Source of the DNA: Auanema rhodensis
Lineage: Eukaryota > Animalia > Nematoda
NCBI GenBank assembly: GCA_964057225.1
Contig: OZ059898.1
Coordinates: forward strand, 12,772,001-12,836,000
Reading direction: 5' to 3'
Length of the DNA: 64,000 bases
Below the pieces are notes generated by a model. It was given only the letters and a program-made list of their open reading frames with translations, ran no database searches and was not told where the DNA came from. The position numbers were made by a program, and so were the translations under genes. This document shows, one piece after another, positions 39,935-51,759 of the stretch (within the stretch, counting starts at the first letter, position 1; every line of letters starts with the position of its first letter).

Positions 39935-41423
39935 TTTGCTCACTAATTAACATCGAATAATTACAAAATATTAATTTACAAAATAACGAAACTAACAAAC
40001 AAGCCTGAAAAATAACAGTTTAACAAAAGCAGAAGAATAAAGTTTAAAATGTGCTTCAAAAAGACAAATTCAAATTTTAATGTTAACTAAATTGAGAAAA
40101 TGAATGTATTAATTGTGTTATATAAAATAAATAATGAGCCATGCGAAGAAAAAATATTAGTAAAATGTTAAACATATTTCAGGAAGCATTTAAATAACAA
40201 AAAGGAGAAAAGTCAGCTTTATTAAACTCAATAATATAATAAATTATACCTTAGAAATTGATTCAAACAAAGCATTCAAAACGTAATGATCTAATAACTA
40301 ACAAGACAACAAATGAAAAAATTGTTTCTAAAACGGATATGGTTCAAAACTTAAAAATTTAAACTGAAGAATTAATCAATGATGGAGGCTGAACAGCGGG
40401 AAATAAAATTATTGAATGAAATGCTTCGTATGAGAAAATAATAGAATTAAAACTTTTTTAAACTATAAATACTAAAAAAATGGTTGAATAACTAAAAAAA
40501 TAAAGTATTAGAAAGGAAAATAATAAAATAAGAATAATTATATACGTACTAAATATATACTATTAAATACAATTATTGTTGTATTTAATAGAATCACAAA
40601 AGCTTTTACTATAATAACATATCTATAAAAATATATTTGGTTAAGTAAAAATATAAAAGTAAAGAAAGGATACCTAAATGCGCAAAAAATTCAAAGAAGT
40701 ATAAACGTAAGTTGTGAATTCAAAAATTTTTAGATGTTGATAGGCAGGAGGTGGCAAGAGAAACAGAGAAACTAGACAAAAAGCGAGACAGCGTATGCTG
40801 ACTTGGAGCGAACAGACGATGGGCGAAATTGGAGCTGACTGGACTACAATGTACGAAGCCTGAAGGCAAACTGTGGTTTTTATTCCTTAAGTATAGCATA
40901 TCAACAAAGATTTGGAAAATAATTTAATCATAATGTTCTTGTTTACTAACAATATATAAAATAAATTTGATAACAAATGTAATAATATAGCAAAACTTCA
41001 GCATAGAAACTTAGGCTCTAAAGAATTATTACTATTTACTAATAAGCTGTCAAAATCAGCGAGCGTAAACAACCAAATGAAGGAAGAAATATTTCTAAAT
41101 TCAGCGAACAAGATTAATTTCGATTATTATCATATAATTAATCAAATAATATTGATTTGACTGATATACTGTTAGTCACATGTTTACAGAAAAGCACCAG
41201 ATTTTACTTTAAAGGAAACAGGTAGAAAGCAAGATATAATATTTGAAAAAAAAAGTTAATCGATAATTGTTATTTACTTATTACAATTAATTTTAAAAAT
41301 TATTTAAATGAAAAAAATTAGAATAATCTATGTTTTCTCATATTTTGGTTCACGTGCATTACGTGAAATGCGAATAATATTTATTTTATTGATAAAATAT
41401 AGTGATAACATTCCGGTTGTAGG

Positions 41424-42916
41424 ATGTCAGGTTTGTGCTCAGAAAATTTTGGTTCAAATTAAGCTATATCATATAAAAATTATAAAAAAAAATTTTGAAA
41501 TATACAGGACAAATACCGCAAAGTGGTAAATTTGATGATGATAGTTATTCAATCGTATCTGAAACTCATGTGAGTATTGTATTTGGTTATGAGATATAAT
41601 GATTTAATATTCTCTAGCAATTGAGAAAAGGGATGCCTACTGTGGAAGAAGTATTAAGAACTCAAGGAAGACGTTTAGCTGATGGTAGTTTATGAAACAA
41701 GTGAAATGAAACATTGTTTATATGAGTTGCTTATAGAAGAATTGGCTTATCTCATAGCTCAGAAAGCTATTCCTCCGGTTACACAAAATGATTCACCTGT
41801 TCTTCATAAAGTGACCAAAGGAAACGAAAATTTCTATGTGGTAAAAAGAGAATATATGTTATCAGGATGAGTAAAAAAACAAGACTTTAGTTGATGGTAG
41901 ACCAGCCACCCTGTGCTTGTAAACGAGTTGCTGGAAAGAAGGAAAGATGTGATAAACATAAAAATTTGAAAAAAGGAGAAAAAGCTAACGATAAATCTAT
42001 TTCAAAGTCGGCAGAAAAAGCTGCTGATATGGCTTCAGAAAAGTGTGCAGCTGATACACCAGATGAAAAATCATATGAAAAGCCTGTTGATTTCTTAACG
42101 GTATACTGCCATTGAAATTTGTTTATAGTTATATTTAGCCGGTGAAATCACAAATCGCTTCCATAGTTGATTCTCAAGCACACGATTTTATTCAAGGAAC
42201 TCCTCGTCCTTCTGCAGTATCAACGAAAACTCCAGTATTCTGAAATATAATGAAGAGTTTATCGATAAGATAATTTAGATTGGAGTTTCATACGATCAGG
42301 AGAATGCAAATAACGCAACTAATGATAATGAATTATCAGCAGGAAAAAAGGGTTCAGTGGCACCACAGACAAGTGCGAAACCTGGACAGATTTATGTTCC
42401 AGAACAAGCTGCTGCTAAAACACCGGTGAATTCTTACATCCAACTTTGATGTTTATTATAACTATATGCAGGTACACAAGAATATGAGCATTTACGTTAG
42501 CAACACTTCAAAAGGAGCTGGAGCAATGAGCGAGTATGCTGCAGCACCCCATTCATCACCGAAATACGCACAGTCAGCGTCGAAGCCTCAATCTTCAAAT
42601 GCTGTACCCTCATATTCAGCAGCTGCAAACTCTCACGTATCTAATGAAATCATAACCAGTTTAATTTCTTTTCAGAATAATGGTAACAGTATGTACTGTT
42701 CGAACCCAGCAGCTAAATTCAAAGCTGCTTCTTCTGGTGCTCCTTCTCCGAATACTCATAACAGCCCGAATGTTCAGAATTCTCAGAATGGTCGAAATAC
42801 ACCAAAATCGGATTCTAAGGTAAAAGCGAATCTACATTACGCTACTGTTAACTACATATCTGTTTTAGACGTCACCAGCTTCTCGAAAATCAAACCAAAG
42901 CGTTTACATGAAATAA
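41424..42916 (+). CDS. Uncharacterised low-complexity (Ser/Ala/Pro/Asn/Lys-rich) protein, ~10 exons
   Basis: In-phase short introns give MSGQIPQSGKFDDDSYSIVSETHQLRKGMPTVEEVLRTQGRRL...PPCACKRVAGKKERCDKH...SRKSNQSVYMK*. Head-to-head with the TBL1 gene. Confidence 0.75.
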
Positions 42917-43688
42917 GAGTATTTTTTTCAACCAATAGTATTCCTTAGACTGCTGCTGCTACTGCTGTTCATTATTATTTTATATTCAAACAAGAAAATT
43001 ATGGAATTGTAGTTTTTTTTTCATATAAAATTAAACGTCCACTCTAATTAGAAGTTTAAATGAGTTTTTACTAATAGTCATTGTAAAGTAAAACGAAATT
43101 AAAGATTTTAAAATGTAAATGTAATAATCGTTGATGTTTCTCTCAAATAAATTAATAAAAGTTGTTTATATTTCAATTAATAAACATTTTCTTTTTAAAT
43201 AGTTACCGGTTTGTGATTAATACATACTACTTCTTTTCCATAATAAGAAAAAGAAAAGTGAACAGAACAGGTAAAACTAATTGAACGGCTTTTAAAATCT
43301 TACTAATGCTTCTAATGTTTCTTGGATTTTGAACCTGAGGATTGCTGATTTAATTTTTTAAATTTATTGTATTGACAACATTTCAAGCAACTATTCCAAA
43401 CTACTATGTAGTTTGACCTTAGATACAATTCTAAGATGTTTGAAGTTTTGGTGGAAAAAAATGATTTTGAGCATGTTTCGTCTTACGTTCGCCTTGACGT
43501 ACAGTGGGCTGTTTGATGAATTTCTAATAGAAAGCTCCTCAATGCATTTAGTTAGGTCCCTATTTCAATTCATACGATTTTCAAGATCAAGTTGATGACG
43601 AAGTATGATTGACCATCGCCGCTAATGTTTCCGGGACACAATGGAGTAAGGGCCAGGAAATCCCTCTGCTATGTGTCGTCACGATCGC

Positions 43689-45712
43689 TGACGTCACGAA
43701 ATTTTAATCTAAAGTCCGTTAACTACCATTAACTATCTTATCGAAGGTTTCATCAATTGACATCGAAGAAGAAGTGAAGGGTTTTTTTTTGCTTTTTTTG
43801 GGACAACAAAACTACGAAAAAAGAGAGCGCAATAAAGTACTTCATGAAACTTGTATAACTTGACGTCAGAATTCGCGTGAAACTAGCGTGAAATGAATTA
43901 ATAGATTTGATCGTTGTAAGTTTTCAGCCACGTGAAATACAACAACAACAATCGGTATCAATCTGTATCATTTTGCTCCAAGTCAAGTTTAGTCTTTTTT
44001 CTAATAATAGTCATTTTTTCATTTTAAAAACAGAGATCATGACTTTTTTTTTCAATTTATTTTTTTACTTTCCTTTTCACATAGTGATCAATCTAAGTAA
44101 TAGTTTTATGATCAATGAAACTCTATTTTTCTTTTTTTTGATTCTTAAACCTCTTCTTCTCTTCCCCCTCCCCCATGTCCGACCCCACCCTCACTTCGAA
44201 TAAGTATTGTTTTTAGAAAAAGCTTGTTGAGAATAAGCTTAAAGTGTAACTGTATTGCCAGACATGTTAACTTTCACTCCAATAAAGCAAAGTGCCAAAG
44301 TTCCATTGAGTATTTCCGATATTAACACAAAAAAAGGTAGTTTAAGGTGAGAATGAATAAAAAATTTACGTCAAAATTACGGGTAAAATTGATTCAAACA
44401 AGGTCATCAACGAAACGTGGTACGTCATCCAGTGACATAAAAAAAAACCTTTTCTTACCTGTTATATAATTATAGATAAAACTTAATAAATTATCGAAAT
44501 TTAAAAAAAAATCGGAAATTTCAAGTTTAGGTTTAAACTACTAAAATCAACCGTTCTGTTCATCACTTCTGTACTTTATGATAGAGAGAAGAAGTAAGTA
44601 TATAGTAAAATGAAAAGAAAAGCAGCTGAAAACAACCGGTTTACATTGGCTCCATCTTGAAAATGAATTTACGTTTTTAAGGAAAATACTGAAATTTATC
44701 GTAAAAATAAGGTAAGTTTCTTCTCAATCACAATATATTAAACTCATCACAAATTTAATGTATATTTTGTTAAAATAAGAACCTGTTCATTTGGATATCA
44801 TCAAGTGTCTGACATCTAGCTTGAATAAACGTTCAACTATAAATAGTAATAGTAATAGGTTATTTTGAAAATAATGCTTAATCAGGCAGTACTTTGCCCA
44901 CTTGCTTACTATCATATACTATATGTATTAAACGTTTTTTTCGTCTTCTTTGCTGGAATTAAGAGATAAATATGTATTAAGGACACGATATGCATGTATA
45001 CATACTGATGATAGTAAACTGTTTTCCTATATATGTGAATATACATATTTCAAAGTAGTTCCTTATTTCTTCAAATATTCATGAATTATTATTCGGTCAT
45101 GTCGTCATCAACTTGTCTACGTCATCAACAAACTAAAAAATTTGGCGAACAACATGACGAGGACGGTTCAACTGACGACCCAACAACATTACCCAGCAAA
45201 ACCATTTGATCTTATGTTTAATTATCGCATTTCAAATTCGATTATTGAGGAGAAATCGCTGTAGCTTGATGACGTATCCAGCCTTTTCCCACTTTTCCAT
45301 CAAATAACTTAGAGAGTAGAATGAAGAAGATTGCAAAAAATGAATGAATTACCCTCTAATTCGAAAGGTGATAGTTGAACGACATAAGCGAGTCCATTGA
45401 CATGTGCTGACGTCACATTCTCTTCAATTAGAGGTCTAAGTATATATACGGACTGTAACGCTTGTTAAGCTAGTAAGACGTTGCTTTCCTCCATCTCTTT
45501 CTCTCTCCCTCTGTCTCTCCCTCTCCCTCTCTCTATCTCTCTCTCCCTTTCTCTCTCTCTATCTCAAACTACTTTTCTTGCATATTCTCTTTTTCTCGTT
45601 AACTCTCTTCGTTCTCCCTCCTTATCTATTCGTTCCATTTTATATTTTCATCAACTATTACTGTATACTGTACGATAAAAGCTTCTTGAACACAATTATA
45701 ATTGTGACGTCA
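43689..45712. promoter_or_regulatory. Cluster of four perfect CRE/ATF palindromes TGACGTCA
   Basis: Exact TGACGTCA at 43689, 43861, 45408 and 45705, plus near-sites (TGACGTA/TACGTCA) at ~43496, 44368, 44421, 45118 and 45270. Confidence 0.55.
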
Positions 45713-48039
45713 TAAATCAGCGAACCAGAAGGTCAGCGAACGATAGTACCGTAATCCTACCGTAAAGCTGCTGCAGAAAACAGACAATTTTTGTAATTTG
45801 AACAATATCTAGATGATATCTAATTCGTATTTTCTGGGAGAAAAAACCAGAACTTATCTCTAAACTGTGTAACTAATCCATCGCATTGTCAATTATTACA
45901 GGAAGAGTAGAGTAATGTACGAGAGATACAAAAGAAGTTTTTTTATTTCTAAAGTTCTTAGTTCATTATCTTGTCAGCCCGTTCCTGCTTTTCCACAATT
46001 TTGCATACTGTAGGTCTCAATGATTTCATTATTAAAGCTTAAAAACAAAAAATAAAAACAAAACATGCCTGTTTATTAGATAGAATAAGCTCTTTCTTGC
46101 TTTTTCTCTTGATTATTTTTTATTTTTTTGCTTTAAAACAACTTGAATTTATTGTCTAACTTGAACTTCTTCTTTCTTCCTTGTATTATTCATGTGTATT
46201 AATTCTTTTTTTTAAATATTCTCTATATAAGGAAAAGAAACAGCTAAAAACTAAAAAATCATTTTATTATATTTTGAATTTTGAATTTTTAATCTTACCA
46301 GTACAGTAAAAGCCTTATTAACCCCCATAGATGACATTTTAACCGTTTTTTTATCAGAGTTGTCAGTACTTGAACAACTTGATTTACTGCTTCTGCTCTC
46401 CAAATCATTCAGTAATATTAATTACCTAAATAAGCACAAACTATTTCCAAATTGCTTGCATATACATGGTTTCTGACCAGTTTCCGTCGTACTTCTATTA
46501 CCATTCCATGATGTACTGCTTCACAAAACACGGGCGTTCACAGCAATATTTCTCTGTTCGCTTTCGAATTCTGGAAAAATAATGTCCAAATATGTAAGAA
46601 ATACTCGAAAAAACGTTTTACTTGGCAGGTCAGACGTTGAAAAAACGTGCAAATGACGGAACGATTGCTGTGAATTCATGTTTGTCTTGTGTTTATTAAT
46701 TTTATTTCTTTCCGCCATACACGAAGTAAAGGACTGACTAAAGAAGAGAGAAGTAGAGTGTGTATAGGTTTATGAGAGAAGAAGAAAGAGGAATTATAGT
46801 GTGGAAGCTGGTTGATGATCACTTCCAAGAAATTTATCGAAATATCGAAAGTTCCTTGTATGATTTTGATTGAAACGATAAAAAAAAGGTTAAAACAGAA
46901 AAAAAGATCAAATGTGGATAGCCGAGTAGAAATCCATCTCTTAGTTCTTAACATCGAGCACAAAAACTTCCTTTGTCACCCTTCTACCTAGCAGGCTTTT
47001 TCTGTGTCTTTGAAGCCGTTGTTTGCAACTTCTTCTTCTTCAGTTAGTTTGACGTTTGTTTCAGAATTTCTATCTGCTTTGATGCCAGATTCATATCTAT
47101 CTATATGTGTTTCTTCGCACTGGCACATACAGCGTATAGTAGTTTGTGCCACATAGTCCCCCGTTTAACCATCATCCGCCACCGTCAGCCGAAACTATAG
47201 ATCATGTTATTGAATAGTATATTCTGAATTTTAAAATCTTAATTGTTGTTGTAAATATACCCAAATAGCAGATATGTTTCTTCGTTCGATCGGGTTGTTT
47301 TTTTTTGTTTCATTCCACCAATAAGAAAGTTTTTGTCTTTTCTTGATTTTTTGTTGGCAAGTTGAAGCTAGAAGAAGCTGTGTCATCCTCATGCTTCTTA
47401 ATCGAACTACTTAACCTGTCAACTATTAGTTTACACATACATTCTGTTTGAATCTGAGGAAGACGAACTTCGATAGAAGACTGGAAAATCGTATTATGTT
47501 CAGGCTTGCATCTGTCACATTTCGGTGTTCACGCCTCAGGGCAACTAACAGACCTCTACTGTCAAAATTTTATTTTTTCCCTTTTAATCTGTTCCAATAT
47601 AGTTTTTTTAAAGCTTTGTACAATCGAGAAAAGAGAATTTTATTGGCAGCTATAGGAAAAGGAAAATCAGCTTCATTCCTGCATTAGATGTTGCCATCTT
47701 TGCAATCACGTTCCTGTTCTAGTGTCCACGTGAATACGTGTCATGTGTCTTTCCATCATTTTTTTCGTTCTGACATCTAGTTAAGCATTCTGATGTCATG
47801 TATTCTTGCAACAACTTGCCCCAGGGCATAGAACAACGCCCCACCTTTTTCGCCTCCGAGAACAGCAGACTGTTACTACGACTCTACTCTTACACAAGCT
47901 CTATAGCTAATGTACATTCTTTCTCTCACCCCCCCCCCACCAATATGCTCTTCGTTGAATCAGCATCGTAACCATTGTCGAAGCTTCCGTGAATCACGCC
48001 TTTTCTTCTACTTGCAGCTAAAAGCTTTTTATGAAATAC

Positions 48040-48047
48040 TATATAAA
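48040..48047 (+). promoter_or_regulatory. Candidate TATA box for the 83-aa ORF transcript
   Basis: TATATAAA, preceded by GC/CACCC boxes (~47837-47845, ~47927-47941) and CACGTG/TACGTG (47727-47740). Confidence 0.45.
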
Positions 48048-50070
48048 GAAACAATGGGCAACATCATTTTGTAGTTTCTTTCTCCTATAACTTCTCATTT
48101 ATTCTTTAATTTGATCTTAAGTTTTCTGTTACAATACCATCAAAGGAAGACAAACTGTTTGAAAGAGGTGATGGTAGGTTAATGTTTCTTTCTCCTTGTA
48201 TTTGTCTCCAACTAATAATGCTCGTCAGCATCTTTCGATGTCTGTTTGATTGTTACAATCAAGCAAAACTATGAAGAATACACCTTTATGCATTCAAGCT
48301 ATCGTCTTCTGATTAAGTTGTTGTAGCCTAGTTGCCAACAGAGAAATTGTTTGAACACCTAACCAAAGAGAGTGAGAGGGAAAGTAGGTAAAAGACACTG
48401 GTTGAAGAGGGAAAGAGAAAGAACGACATCGGGCCCGTGCCTTCCACTAATACTCTCACTTCCTACCTTTTCGTCATCACCTAAGGTCTATTGTTCTTTT
48501 CGCTGACTTAATTAGGAAAACGATCACGACCTTACAGCACTAGACCAACCGCCCTCTCTCTCAACCTATTCCCGACGGCAAATGCTTCTTCAGGTCAGTC
48601 AGTCTTTGTCTTCAGGGCCGGCCGATGGTCGCCTCTGGCCGCTTTTCTTTCAACTTCTTTCTTTCTTTCTTTCTTTCTTCTAGAACTTATTGTTTCTCTT
48701 GTCATCTCAATCTGTTTTCTTGTCTTTATCTTGTCTCATTCCATCATCCCATATTATTCTCAGCATTATCATTTTCTTTCTTTTTTTTGTACAAAAATGC
48801 ACAGCCTTTACTTGTCTATCCTTCATCTCTAGCTTCGTCAGCCTTCCACAAACTGCTGCTGTTCCCTTTTGCCATTTTTGGTTTTTTCACTTTACACCTC
48901 TTCACAGCTACATTCAGCTTCATTCTATTCTCGTTCACCTGTCACTGTAATGTGACCGTCACCAGAAGAAGCTGCTACCGATCGTCAGTATACCTCTTAG
49001 AGGCTGGCACAGACGGATTGACCTGTTTCTTGGTCATTACTCTTGCAGGACAAACTACTAATTTGTGCCTACAATTCTGCAAAAAATCCACAACCTTTTT
49101 TTGAACATCTACACACTTGCTTTTCTGGAAAAGTTGCAACCTTTTTCTGCCCTTTTCCGTTAAATTTTTGCATTTTTTTGTTGGGAAACAAAGTTGAAAT
49201 ATAACCTATTAGTACTTTGAATGTTCTTACTTAGGTACTTCTACCTTCATGTGCGTTTCAATCGAATCACGAGCATTTTCAGTTGCGCTATTTCATTTTT
49301 CAAAATAAAATACAATACGCCATCATACTAATATGCAAACACGATTATACTTTGATATATTTCATCATTAGGCTCGTCTATTGCACTACCAGCCTGAAGG
49401 AATGAACGCGATCACAATCACAATCACAATCACAATCATCATCATCATCATCACCGTTAACTGTTTGACGACTGTGTCTTTTGCTTTCTAATTCATCTTA
49501 ATATACTATCGTATGGCACGAGACATCGAACATACATACGAGAGTAATAACCTGACTAGAGAAACAAGATAAATAGACAAATTTGAAGACAATGTTTTTG
49601 AAATGTCTTTTACGTAAATTGTACTACCGCCTGCCGCAGAACAATCTAGTGCTGAAGGGGCAGTTTTGGTTAGTTACTCAGTCATTCAATGAAAAACAGA
49701 GATCGCATCATCTGTGTGCGCATTAAATTTATACGAACCATGAGTTCAGAATATCCTATATATAGAAGTACAGTTTACTATAAGATGGTCGTTTTTCCAG
49801 TTAACTTGGTCACTCGCTAAATGATTGATAGGCATGTTAGGGGCCTGTTTGGTTTACTATTTATATATTATGTAATATATATAGATATAAAGATACTTAT
49901 ATATTTGGACATCAACTGTTAGTTGCTCTCATAATTCTGATCTTACTTTTTATTTTTAAAGATTATATTATGTTTCTTTATATGTTTGATATTCTTCTTT
50001 TTTTCTTGTAACTTTTTGAACTTTATTTCAGTTTACCATTTACTTATATTTAATATTTACAGAAAGCAAC

Positions 50071-50322
50071 ATGTCTATTTCTATTTTGAACGATCCTCAA
50101 TTCTCTAATGAAGTTTTGGACCTTCTGATGTCCCGAACATTCTCTACTGCCGATGATATTACCTCGGACAGCGCCTTCCCAGGATCATCTAGCTTCGTTC
50201 CCAATCTCAACAACTCGACAATATTACTATCTGGAGCCTCAAGGAACAGTAGCTCCACAAATGACGAAAGACACGATAACTTCAGCAGATTATCATCGTC
50301 ACCATATTCGACATCATTCTAA
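50071..50322 (+). CDS. 83-aa single-coding-exon, Ser-rich micro-protein
   Basis: ATG lies 8 nt after a tttacag acceptor (50062) that ends a U-rich tract. The ORF is GC-richer than its flanks, with AATAAA at ~50874. Sequence MSISILNDPQFSNEVLDLLMSRTFSTADD...SSPYSTSF*. Confidence 0.6.
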   Translation: MSISILNDPQFSNEVLDLLMSRTFSTADDITSDSAFPGSSSFVPNLNNSTILLSGASRNSSSTNDERHDNFSRLSSSPYSTSF

Positions 50323-51759
50323 GGCTTCAAGAAAACCTTCGCCGTCGTAGTCGTCCGTTCGGTGTCTTATTCAATATTTTAATGTTTAAAATAAGCTTTA
50401 ACGTGCAGTAAACGAGCTTGTTGTTTGTTTGCTTGTCTCCACAACTGCCGAAATCATTCTTCAGCTGCAGCAACAGTACTGTTGCTACAGCCTCAATCCA
50501 CCATCTCCTGCCAATCAGCCAATCGCTGACGCATATTTTTACCTTCAACTTCTCCTTCTGACGACGATAACATCGAGAAATGTAACGGATCATCGGCTAC
50601 TGATTCGAATCTTATGTACCAAATATTATATATTTTACAATAAGTATATCTATATAGCTATATGTATAACAACATAGCTCTGGAAATGGCTTTTTTCTAT
50701 TTCGTTACGAATGGATACGAATTTCCGTCACTTTATTTGATCTCAACCATTTTTTTTTAATTTTTAGGATGTCAACTTGTCTCTATACGTTGAGATTAGC
50801 GACTAAATTGATATTCAATTCCATATATTATATTATATTATATTATATCAAATGTTTTAAAAATGTATAATTTAATAAATATCTGAAATATTTTTGTTTT
50901 AATTAAATTAATATAAATCTATTGAACTACACAATTATGCATATAACATTACTACCTTTACTAATCATTTTAAGAAGAAAAGGGCAATATTATGTCATGT
51001 TTTACATTTGAACTTCAAGCAAATAAACACGATATATTAGTCTAAACTACGACATTAACTAGTAATTTTGTATTTTGATTTTTATACACATAGTTTTAAA
51101 GCATTAACATGTCTTTCTAACTGTGTTATTCAATTTGGCATTAAAATTCAGATCTTCTTTTACTTTTACGTTTGAACATCAACCGTAATCTGCGAGCTGT
51201 GCTACACAAGCAAGAAATATAATTATTTATTTATTTTATTTTACAACATTTAATAATTAATAAATATTGATATTTGAAAGAAGCCAGTAAGAAGCGGAAG
51301 AAAAAGATGATGATGATGATGATTATAATGACATACTGATGATAAAGCAAAAAAAAACATAAATTATCACAAGTTTGTGTGTGATAATTACATTATTATC
51401 GTTTTCTATCATCATTTTTTCTTATTCTATCTATTCCTACTATAAATAGATTTTTTTTTTCAAAAAATAAACAAAAATGCTGGATATTTTTTATGAATAT
51501 TTTTTTAGGAAAAAACTTGTTTTTTTTTCTATATATACACACATAAAATTGATATCAAATTGGCCAGATAAAAGGTGTCGCATTCTAAATCATCTGGCAA
51601 AGCTAATTATCATAGAAAATATTTAAGAAATAAATAGGATGAACATAAGACAGAAACAACTTGAATATATTAGTTAACATGCTCTTTGTTGTTGGTCAGC
51701 ACAGTTGTATGTATAAGCTTCTCAACTTGAGCTTCTTCCTCAGCCTTCTGAACAACAAG

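Noticed and set aside
43592-43691. Possible C/D snoRNA (TGATGA...CTGA)
   Set aside because: No terminal stem or recognisable rRNA guide; the CTGA overlaps a CRE.
46440-47160. Minus-strand insulin-like fragments (RKRTEKYCCERPCFVKQYIME[W/C]; upstream LCG)
   Set aside because: The last A-chain Cys needs a non-consensus acceptor, the B-chain needs a frameshift, and there is no signal peptide or in-phase upstream exon.
24840-48531. Shared 13-mer AACGATCACGACC at 24840 and 48519
   Set aside because: Too short to exclude chance, and the flanks are unrelated.
48625-49104. 159-aa Phe/Leu/Ser-rich ORF
   Set aside because: Product of a pyrimidine-rich tract with no family features; it lies in the probable intron or outron.
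49379-49397. miR-235/miR-92-like sequence TATTGCACTACCAGCCTGA
   Set aside because: No complementary 5' arm pairs with the seed region, so there is no precursor hairpin.
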